In this document: piece by piece, positions 25,562 through 32,952 of the stretch | How the letters are laid out: each line of letters opens with the position of its first letter | How positions within the stretch are numbered: position 1 is the first letter of the stretch | IMG/VR virus record: IMGVR_UViG_3300048800_000064 | Location: 1 to 55,122 of that record | Reading direction: 5' to 3' (one strand) | DNA from: a virus | Taxonomy: Duplodnaviria; Caudoviricetes | DNA: 55,122 nucleotides | The notes under the pieces: model-generated | Told to the model about the DNA's origin: nothing | What the model saw: the letters and a program-made list of their open reading frames with translations, nothing else | The model's database searches: none | Translations under genes and position numbers: made by a program

Positions 25562-27720
25562 TGCCTTTCAATAGCGGTGCTGGGGGGAGCTTCACTGGCG
25601 ACCAGCAGAAGCGGGTTCGCAGCCCACATCAGAGCTTCCGCCCGCCGCTGGGCAGCGTTTTCAGTGGCCCCAACAGCTACACCGAAGGCACCGCCGACAC
25701 TCTTGGGCTTGCGGATGCGAGTAGCCGGACCGTCGCCTATGCCCGCTCTGTTTCAGAAACGGTGGGGCTTGCGGATGCGTCGTCTGGAGCGCAGGTTCTC
25801 AGCCGCAGCACTAGCGACGTCATCGGTGTTGCTGAGGCGCTCTCTCGCAGTCAGGCTTTGGGCAGGGCTACCGCAGAAACAGTAGGGCTGGCGGATGCGA
25901 CTACATGCGTCCGAACCCTAAGCCGGGGCACGGCTGATGCCCTTGGCCTCGCGGATGCTGCCACTCGGACGGCGTCGGTTCTGAGGGGCACGTCGGACAC
26001 AGCAGGGCTAAGCGGGGCTGTGACGCGCACCGTGGCGGCTGCACGGGCTACTGCCGACACGATGGGCGTCGCGGATGCCGTGACCCGGGCGCCGTCCTAT
26101 ACGCGGACTCTCGGCGACCAGGTGGGTCTGAGCGAGGCTCTGAGCCGCGTCGTCACGTACACCCGGGCCAGTGCCGACGCCGCGGGCCTCGCTGACGCCA
26201 GCAGTCGCGCGCAGACGCTGGGGCGCGGCGGCAGCGATGCGATGGGACTCAGCGATGCTCTCACGCGCACGTTCGCCGCAGCCCGCAGCAGCGCTGACGC
26301 GCTTGGTCTTGCCGGGGCTGTGACGCGCACCGTGGCCTTGACACGCGCTGTCGCTGAAGCGCTCGCACTGGCCGAGGCGGTGAGCCGCCAAGTCTCCTAT
26401 GTCAGAGCGCTGACCGAAGCCGTTGGACTGAGCGATCAGACCGCCCATGCCCAGGTACTGGCGCGAGCTACCGCTGACGGGATCGGCTGCAGTGAGGCGG
26501 TAGTGCGCGTGGCAGCCTACGCGCGAGCCGTCGCGGAAACACTGGCCGTGGCCGGCAGCGTAGCTCGCACAGCCACTTATGGACGGACGGCCGCTGACGC
26601 GGTGGGCCTGGCGGAAGCGTCGAGTCGGCTCGCCACCTACGGGCGCATGATCGCCGACGCCATCGCCATCGCCGAGGCAGTATCAGCGCTGAAGGGAGCG
26701 GCGCGCTCGACGAGCGATGGGCTGGGCCTTGCCGATGCGGCTGCGCGAACTGCTGCGGTCATCCGTGCTGTCGCTGCCACGATTGGCCTGAGTGAGCAGG
26801 CAGCCCGCCTGACCGTCTACGGTCGCGCTACAGCCGATCAGGCGGGTCTTGCCGACAGCCAGAGCCGGATAGCCAGTTACGCCCGCGCCAGCGCCGACGT
26901 AGTAGGTCTCAACGGCGCCACCACCCGGACACTTGCTGGTGTTCGAAACGGCACCGAGGTCATCGGCCTGGGCGAGGCACTGTCCCGCGCTTACACCGGG
27001 GCACGAGCAACCTCGGATGGGGCGGGCTTGGCTGACGGGGTGGGCCGGACGGCCAGTCTCGCTCGCGGTGGCGCCGACGGGCTGGGCCTCAGCGGGGTAG
27101 CCTCCGGGACGCGCTCAGCGATCCGCAGCAACGCGGACACGATTGGCTTGGGCGAGGCGCTGTCGCGGAGCTACGCAGGGATCCGCGCGACCTCCGATGG
27201 TCTCGGCCTAGCCGACCTGGCCGCCCGAAGCGGGGCTCATGCCCGGACAAGTTCGGACAGCGCGGGCCTTGCGGACGCCTCATCTCGCGCCCAGGCGCTC
27301 GCGCGCGTGATAGCGGAGACTGTCGCGCTGGGCGACTCTGGGGCTCGCTCACTGGCTCTGGGCCGGAGTGCTGCCGACACGATCGGCCTGACGGAGGGGG
27401 CCACGAGATCGTGGACGACGGCGCGAATGCTCGGCGACACCCTCGGGCTGGGCGAGGCCATCCAGCGGAGCCTGACGCGCTCCAGGACAGTTGCTGAGGC
27501 GATCTCACTGGTCGAGGTTGGCTTCTGGACGTACCCGGTCATCGTGGGAACCGCTGGCCTAAAGCCGGGCAACAAGGCGACTGCGGGCGCGCTGCCGGGG
27601 AACTCGGCCACTCCCGCCTCCGCTCCGACGAACAAGGGCACCCCTGGCCTGCTGCCCGGCAACAACGCCTCAACCACAGCCAAGCCGACCAACGCCGCCG
27701 TGACCAAGTCCTTGTTCTGA
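25561..27720 (+). CDS. Long repeat fibre protein (about 31 x 20-aa repeats)
   Basis: Consensus xxRxxxDxxGLADAxxRxxx; C-terminal 10-aa PGN/PTN repeats. Confidence 0.8.
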   Translation: MPFNSGAGGSFTGDQQKRVRSPHQSFRPPLGSVFSGPNSYTEGTADTLGLADASSRTVAYARSVSETVGLADASSGAQVLSRSTSDVIGVAEALSRSQALGRATAETVGLADATTCVRTLSRGTADALGLADAATRTASVLRGTSDTAGLSGAVTRTVAAARATADTMGVADAVTRAPSYTRTLGDQVGLSEALSRVVTYTRASADAAGLADASSRAQTLGRGGSDAMGLSDALTRTFAAARSSADALGLAGAVTRTVALTRAVAEALALAEAVSRQVSYVRALTEAVGLSDQTAHAQVLARATADGIGCSEAVVRVAAYARAVAETLAVAGSVARTATYGRTAADAVGLAEASSRLATYGRMIADAIAIAEAVSALKGAARSTSDGLGLADAAARTAAVIRAVAATIGLSEQAARLTVYGRATADQAGLADSQSRIASYARASADVVGLNGATTRTLAGVRNGTEVIGLGEALSRAYTGARATSDGAGLADGVGRTASLARGGADGLGLSGVASGTRSAIRSNADTIGLGEALSRSYAGIRATSDGLGLADLAARSGAHARTSSDSAGLADASSRAQALARVIAETVALGDSGARSLALGRSAADTIGLTEGATRSWTTARMLGDTLGLGEAIQRSLTRSRTVAEAISLVEVGFWTYPVIVGTAGLKPGNKATAGALPGNSATPASAPTNKGTPGLLPGNNASTTAKPTNAAVTKSLF

Positions 27721-27727
27721 GTACTGT
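27702..27727 (+). promoter_or_regulatory. Variant late promoter GACCAA-N14-TACTGT, leaderless ATG at 27734
   Basis: Same spacing as the main motif; no SD. Confidence 0.45.
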
Positions 27728-27733
27728 GCAGCC

Positions 27734-28591
27734 ATGGCAACTGTAGGCCAGCCAGACAACATATCCGTCGCCTTCACCTCGCCCAGCGGCGTCGCCTTCG
27801 ACCCCCCCACGGCGGTCAAGGTGACCTACGCCGGACCTGGCCAAACCGCGACGACGAAGACTTATCCAACCGACACCGTCGTCATCAGGGACGGTGTCGG
27901 CGCATACCACGTGGCCATCCCCGACAACCTTGACGGCATCTGGAGCTTCAGATGGGAGGGGTACGACGTGACGCCGGACCCGATCGTGGCGGTTGACGGC
28001 TCGGTGTATATCTTCCCGAGTCCATTCAAGCCGCTGGCGACTGGCAGTGGCGTCCCCTTCGGCACCGGATACGCGAGCGTGGCCGACGTGGCCGCCCGGA
28101 TCGCCGCCGGGAGCTGGGATCCGACCAAGTCCAACGCCTTCCCGACCGCAGTGCAGACGGCGCAGTTCCTGATCGAGGCTTCAGCCGACGTCGACATGGT
28201 GCTCGCGAAGTCGGGATACACCGTGCCGCTGACACCGAGTTCGAACGCGCCGGGCGGGGTCATCCAGCCGCAGGCCTACTCGATCCTGCGCAAGATCGCC
28301 TCAGCCTTGGCCGCCGGCCACGTGGAGATGGTTCGCCACGGGTCGATGCAGCACAACGCCGATAAGCAGGGCGACGACTGGATCACCTACGCCGACGACC
28401 TGCTGACCCGGATCGAAACGGGCGATGACAACCTGACGATCTTCGGCGCCGCCGGTGCCTTCGAGATGCAGCCCGATCCGGCTGGGGTCATCTCCAACGG
28501 CAACCTGATCTACGACGTGGGCACGGACACCCTGCTCGACCACTCCGGGCAGCCTGGTGTCCCGGCCTTCACGATGAAAGAGCAGTTTTAG
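27734..28591 (+). CDS. Head-tail adaptor fused to an N-terminal Ig/BppU-like domain
   Basis: N-terminal DPPTAVKVT..RDGVGAYH..GIWSFRWEG; C-terminal YASVADVAARI..IEASADVDMVL..GYTVPL. Confidence 0.7.
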   Translation: MATVGQPDNISVAFTSPSGVAFDPPTAVKVTYAGPGQTATTKTYPTDTVVIRDGVGAYHVAIPDNLDGIWSFRWEGYDVTPDPIVAVDGSVYIFPSPFKPLATGSGVPFGTGYASVADVAARIAAGSWDPTKSNAFPTAVQTAQFLIEASADVDMVLAKSGYTVPLTPSSNAPGGVIQPQAYSILRKIASALAAGHVEMVRHGSMQHNADKQGDDWITYADDLLTRIETGDDNLTIFGAAGAFEMQPDPAGVISNGNLIYDVGTDTLLDHSGQPGVPAFTMKEQF

Positions 28592-28720
28592 ATGGCCTGG
28601 GGAGCGGCCGCGCGTACCGCCAGCCACCACGGCAAGCGCAGCCACGTCAAGAGTCAGCACGTTCGTTCCGGCAAGAAGAGAAGCCACAAAGCGATCACGC
28701 CCCGCAAGAAGAAGAAGTAG
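28592..28720 (+). CDS. 42-aa Lys/Arg/His-rich basic protein
   Basis: MAWGAAARTASHHGKRSHVKSQHVRSGKKRSHKAITPRKKKK fills the gap exactly; absent from the ORF track. Confidence 0.65.
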   Translation: MAWGAAARTASHHGKRSHVKSQHVRSGKKRSHKAITPRKKKK

Positions 28721-28725
28721 AAGTA

Positions 28726-29250
28726 GTGATCACGGTCGAGATCATCGGGCTGCGGGATCTGCAGGGACGCTTCGCGGCGGCAACCGATGGGGGCCTCGTC
28801 GCTCGGCTGCAAGAGGAAGCCGTTGTGATGTCAGGGGAGATGGCCAGGGCCTTCTCGGCGGCGGCGCCTCGATCGTCCAAGCCGCGGGACGGTCACACAC
28901 CCTTTGCTGACTCGATGCACGGAGAGGCCATGAGGACAGCCACGGGCTTCGAGGTGGGGGTCAGGAGCGATCAGGGTGAGCTGGCCAGGATGATCCGAGA
29001 GGGCACCCCGCCGCACGAGATCTGGGCCGGCGCATTCACCGGCAAGAGCGGGGCGAAGGTCCTCTACTTCGAGATCGACGGGGAGGCCATCATGCGGGCT
29101 CACGTGCACCACCCGGGCACCCGCCCCAACCTTTGGGAGCACCGGGCGATCGCAGCCGTCGACCCGATCATCACCTTCATGGGCAACCGGATCGGCGCCC
29201 GGGTGATGCGAGATCTCGCCGGCGGCGGCGGCCTGGCCGTGGCGGCTTAG
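28726..29250 (+). CDS. HK97 gp10-like neck/tail completion protein
   Basis: ITVEIIGLRDL..EGTPPHEI..VHHPGTRPN. Confidence 0.75.
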   Translation: MITVEIIGLRDLQGRFAAATDGGLVARLQEEAVVMSGEMARAFSAAAPRSSKPRDGHTPFADSMHGEAMRTATGFEVGVRSDQGELARMIREGTPPHEIWAGAFTGKSGAKVLYFEIDGEAIMRAHVHHPGTRPNLWEHRAIAAVDPIITFMGNRIGARVMRDLAGGGGLAVAA

Positions 29251-29844
29251 TTGGCTCAGACGCCTGGCACCGGGAGCCTCGAGCAGGTCCTGCGGATGCT
29301 CCAAGCCATGGGGGAGAGCGCGGCCTATCAGGTCGAGATGGACGCTTTTGTCCAGGTGGCTCCCCAGTCCCTGATCTATCCCATCCACGATCTCAATGGC
29401 GCGTCCTACAACATCGAACTCAAGGAGCAGCAGTTCAGCGACCCCAGCTGGATCAACGACTCGTTCGCGGAGGTTCGACTGACCGATGAGCTCAATCCGG
29501 TGCCGCCGTATCCGCAGCTGATCTTTGCCGGGGGACCGGGCCGAATCGGGCCGGCGGTGAATGGACAATTCGACGAGGCCTACGGGAGCCAGTGGCGATA
29601 CCGCGTCGACGCTGTGGTGATGGCCGAGAGCAGCGAGCCGCAGAGCGCGCAGAGGCTCGCCCTGATGATGCTGATGGCCTTCGACCGGCTCGTGGAGCGC
29701 AACCAGCAGCTCGGGGGCCTGGTCCAGCTCGTGTTTCCGGAGAGCCCGATCACGCCTGGCGGCAGTGGCAAGCTGGCGGTCGGCGGCTATCTCGGCGGCG
29801 CCATGCTCAGATATGGCGTGGACGTCCTGGTGGTGCGCCCGTGA
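29251..29844 (+). CDS. Tail terminator-like protein
   Basis: Position; ERNQQLGGLV motif. Confidence 0.6.
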   Translation: MAQTPGTGSLEQVLRMLQAMGESAAYQVEMDAFVQVAPQSLIYPIHDLNGASYNIELKEQQFSDPSWINDSFAEVRLTDELNPVPPYPQLIFAGGPGRIGPAVNGQFDEAYGSQWRYRVDAVVMAESSEPQSAQRLALMMLMAFDRLVERNQQLGGLVQLVFPESPITPGGSGKLAVGGYLGGAMLRYGVDVLVVRP

Positions 29845-30278
29845 CCCAGGGCCTGATCGTCAAGGCCGGGACCCTCAACAAGTCCCGCCGGAATTGCTTT
29901 GTGGTTGCGGTACGCCGCTCCGTCCCCGGGCCCGGGCACGGCGAGTGGGAGCTGACCTCGATCGACGGTTACACCGTGGTCTGTCCGTCCTACCTCGAGG
30001 CGACTAACTGGGTCTTTATCATCGGCCACCAGGTCTTCCCCGGCGGCCCGGTCGACGACGACGAGTACCTGGCATGGCTGCTCGAGCACTACTTCCGGAT
30101 CATCCCTCACGAGGCCGGCCCCATGGACGACCGCGGCATCGGCAGGCACGGGAACCTCGAGGTCATGTACGACCTTGCGGTCCGGGGATGGCAGCCAGAC
30201 GCTGAGGACATCCTCGGCATGAACCCGACTGCCGAGATGATCGAGCGGGTCATGACCGCAAAGAAGCTCGGCCGCTAA
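29841..30278 (+). CDS. Hypothetical protein
   Basis: Coupled ORF VTQGLIVK... Confidence 0.6.
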   Translation: MTQGLIVKAGTLNKSRRNCFVVAVRRSVPGPGHGEWELTSIDGYTVVCPSYLEATNWVFIIGHQVFPGGPVDDDEYLAWLLEHYFRIIPHEAGPMDDRGIGRHGNLEVMYDLAVRGWQPDAEDILGMNPTAEMIERVMTAKKLGR

Positions 30279-30862
30279 TGGCGCAGAGTGCCACGGTCAA
30301 GGTCTTTACGACGCGGCCGCCGCGGCTCCTGGTGGCGACCGTGGTCACCGAGGACCGGATGTCCGGCTTCGACAACTGGGTCGCGGCGCTTCGAGCACAG
30401 GAGACCGAGCTGCTGTGGGACCTCGTCTTGGTCGACGGGACCGACGAGCCATCCCCTTGGTACATCCGCTGGCTGGTGGCCTGGTCGAAGTCGCGGCCAT
30501 TCGGTCCGAGGCATCGGGTAAGGCTGCTCAGAGCGGGCGCGACGCAGGGCGAGGGCTACCGGGACGAGGAAATCAAGGCCCGGGTCGCGCGGCGTCTGCT
30601 GTGGGGCAAGTTTGAGAACTGGGCATCGTATGACCTGCTTCTAAGCCTTGAGGTGGAACTCCTGATCCCAGTTGACACGATCCAGCGCCTGTACCGAGCC
30701 GGGGCCGATGTGGTCACGACTGTGAGCGCTCGACCCCTCGCCTGCGCCATGGTGGCCAGGCGGCTCGTGGAGCTGGTTCCGCTTCGACTCACCAGCGCCC
30801 CCGAAGACGAGCAGTGGCTGAGCGACTGCCGCCGCGCCGGCGTGATACCGGTGGCGGTCTAG
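30278..30862 (+). CDS. Glycosyltransferase family 2 (GT-A)-like protein, possibly degenerate
   Basis: LVLVDGT, YDLLLSLEVELLIPVDTIQRL..ADVV, EDEQWLSDCRRAG. Confidence 0.55.
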   Translation: MAQSATVKVFTTRPPRLLVATVVTEDRMSGFDNWVAALRAQETELLWDLVLVDGTDEPSPWYIRWLVAWSKSRPFGPRHRVRLLRAGATQGEGYRDEEIKARVARRLLWGKFENWASYDLLLSLEVELLIPVDTIQRLYRAGADVVTTVSARPLACAMVARRLVELVPLRLTSAPEDEQWLSDCRRAGVIPVAV

Positions 30863-31726
30863 ATGGCGGTCACCCCAGCCAAGATCCGCATGGGCGCGGC
30901 CGACAGCGTGATTCTGTTCGGGATCACCGATCTCGGCGGCACCATCGGCGGAGTCGAGCTCGACTACACGCCAACCGTCTTCCAGATTGAGGTCGACCAG
31001 GTCATCCTGCCTGTCCGGGCGGTCAAGACCAAGGAAGAATGCAGCCTCACCTGCGCCCTTGCCCAGACCCAGATGTCAATCGTCGAAGCCGCATTCGGGA
31101 TCGCGACCACGGCAGTCGCCACGGTTGCGGCCGGCACCCTGACGAGCCCCACAGCACCCACCGTCACACCGGTCGGTGCTGCCGGCGCAGCCTCCTACAC
31201 CTACACCGTGGTGGCATTCGACAGCAACGGCGACGGTATTGCGTCGCCTGTCGGGACCACTGCCACCGGTAACGCCGCGCTCGGGCCGGTCAACTACAAC
31301 CAGATCACCTGGGCGGCCGTCCCCAACGCCACGGGCTACAAGATCATCCGCACCATTGGTGGGACCACCCAGGGCCTGATCGGCACCATCAACGCCGTCG
31401 CGCCGCTGAGCTTCAACGACACCGGCCTCGTGGCGACTGCGTACACGAACATCCTGGTGCAGCCGGCGACGCCGAATGTCGACACTGCCTACTTCGGCGG
31501 CAATCCCCTGATCCCCCAGGGCACCCTTGACTGGTCAGTGCCGAAACTCGACGGAACGCCGCTGAAACTCCGTGGCCACTTCAATCAGTGCGTGAGCTTC
31601 AAGGCCATCAAGATCAACTTCAGCCGCGAGAAGACGACCGAACTCAACAAGGTCAGCTTCTTGGCCCTGGCGGACCTGACCCAGCCGGTCGGCCAGGAAG
31701 CGGGAAGTTTGAAGGAAGAGTACTAG
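30863..31726 (+). CDS. Major tail (tube) protein with inserted FN3-like domain
   Basis: DLGGTIGGVELDYTP..IEVDQ; insertion ASYTYTVVAFD..ITWAAVPNATGYKIIRT..FNDTG. Confidence 0.85.
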   Translation: MAVTPAKIRMGAADSVILFGITDLGGTIGGVELDYTPTVFQIEVDQVILPVRAVKTKEECSLTCALAQTQMSIVEAAFGIATTAVATVAAGTLTSPTAPTVTPVGAAGAASYTYTVVAFDSNGDGIASPVGTTATGNAALGPVNYNQITWAAVPNATGYKIIRTIGGTTQGLIGTINAVAPLSFNDTGLVATAYTNILVQPATPNVDTAYFGGNPLIPQGTLDWSVPKLDGTPLKLRGHFNQCVSFKAIKINFSREKTTELNKVSFLALADLTQPVGQEAGSLKEEY

Positions 31727-31729
31727 GCG

Positions 31730-32011
31730 GTGACCAAGGACACGGCGAAGGCGCAGGACCCGGGTGATCCTGATGTCGAGCTAACGTACCAGGGCCCTTC
31801 TGGCAGCTTCGACTATCACGGGACGGCTTTCCGAATTGGGGAACCCACCACGGTGCCAGCCTCCGTTGCCGAGGAGATCCACGCAGCCTACGGCGCCGAC
31901 CACAGTTTCATCGTGCTCCCGCCAGCAGACGCTCAGGCACCTGCTGAGCCAGCGGCGGATCCTGAGCCGCCGACAGACGTGCCGCCGGGGAGCCAGCTGC
32001 CCAAAGCCTAG
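31730..32011 (+). CDS. Small hypothetical protein
   Basis: ORF in the operon. Confidence 0.55.
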   Translation: MTKDTAKAQDPGDPDVELTYQGPSGSFDYHGTAFRIGEPTTVPASVAEEIHAAYGADHSFIVLPPADAQAPAEPAADPEPPTDVPPGSQLPKA

Positions 32012-32026
32012 AGGCTCATCCGGGCG

Positions 32027-32052
32027 GGGCAACTCCGCAATCCTGAGAGCGT
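32027..32052 (+). promoter_or_regulatory. Late-type promoter GGGCAA-N14-GAGCGT
   Basis: Recurring motif before the tail chaperones. Confidence 0.65.
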
Positions 32053-32089
32053 GCCTACCTGATAGCACACCCCGTTCAGGAGGCAACCA

Positions 32090-32605
32090 ATGGCCGGAGC
32101 ATCAACGGCACAACGATCCGAGGTTTCGCAGCGCGTAGCAGCTGAGTCGCCAGACCAGCTCCGCGGCACCATCGTCGAGGTCGGCGATGAGTTGATTCCA
32201 ATCGGGAAACTGAGCCTGACGCAGTGGATCGGCCTCACGCGCATCGGCGCCGAGTTCGTGCAGAAGGTCGACCCTGCACAGATCACGCGCATCTCGACTC
32301 TGATCGACTCGGTGAGCCCCGCCGACGAGGACTCAGAGGTGGCGGTGGCGTCTGATGCCGCTACTCCGACCGTCGACTACGCAGCACTCCTGCAGATCCT
32401 GCTTGACGTGCTCGACGACGCAATCATCACCAAGCTCTTCGGGATCATTGTCGATCGGCCGACGGCTTGGGTCGACAAGCACTTCGATCCCGTGGAGTTC
32501 ATCCACGTGTTCGAGGCGCTGTTCGAGCACAACGATCCAAAGAGGATCTGGGCGGCTTTCTCCCAGGCGGCCGAGCGCTGGCGGCCGACCTCCTCGACCA
32601 ACTAG
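32090..32605 (+). CDS. Tail assembly chaperone (G-like)
   Basis: AGGAGG SD; lies between MTP and TMP. Confidence 0.8.
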   Translation: MAGASTAQRSEVSQRVAAESPDQLRGTIVEVGDELIPIGKLSLTQWIGLTRIGAEFVQKVDPAQITRISTLIDSVSPADEDSEVAVASDAATPTVDYAALLQILLDVLDDAIITKLFGIIVDRPTAWVDKHFDPVEFIHVFEALFEHNDPKRIWAAFSQAAERWRPTSSTN

Positions 32606-32952
32606 AGCCAGCGCTACCCGTGCTCATGAGCGCCGGGTTCACAGAAGCTCAGATCTTCTCGTGGTCCCCAGGGCTCGTGAGCAGCCGGCTGCAGCTGGTC
32701 AAGGAGATGCACGACGACCGGCTGGCCGACGAGGCGACGCTCAACATGATGATCGCTGCCGTCGCCGCAGGTGTCGATGGAGCAGCCGACGACTTCAACG
32801 GCATCATCGCCGAACTCCGGCGCGATGCAGAGGCTTCGACCGATGCGCACCTGTTGAATCCCAACGCAGAGACCGACTGGGACGCAGTGCGCACCGTAGC
32901 GACCCGGGTAAAGGTCAGTCCGGATCCCGAGGCTGACGCCCAGGAGGCCTGA
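32557..32952 (+). CDS. Tail assembly chaperone GT extension (-1 frame)
   Basis: Overlapping -1 ORF FLPGGRALAADLL...; candidate shift at GGCTTTCTCCC 32554-32564. Confidence 0.6.
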   Translation, partial: FLPGGRALAADLLDQLEPALPVLMSAGFTEAQIFSWSPGLVSSRLQLVKEMHDDRLADEATLNMMIAAVAAGVDGAADDFNGIIAELRRDAEASTDAHLLNPNAETDWDAVRTVATRVKVSPDPEADAQEA

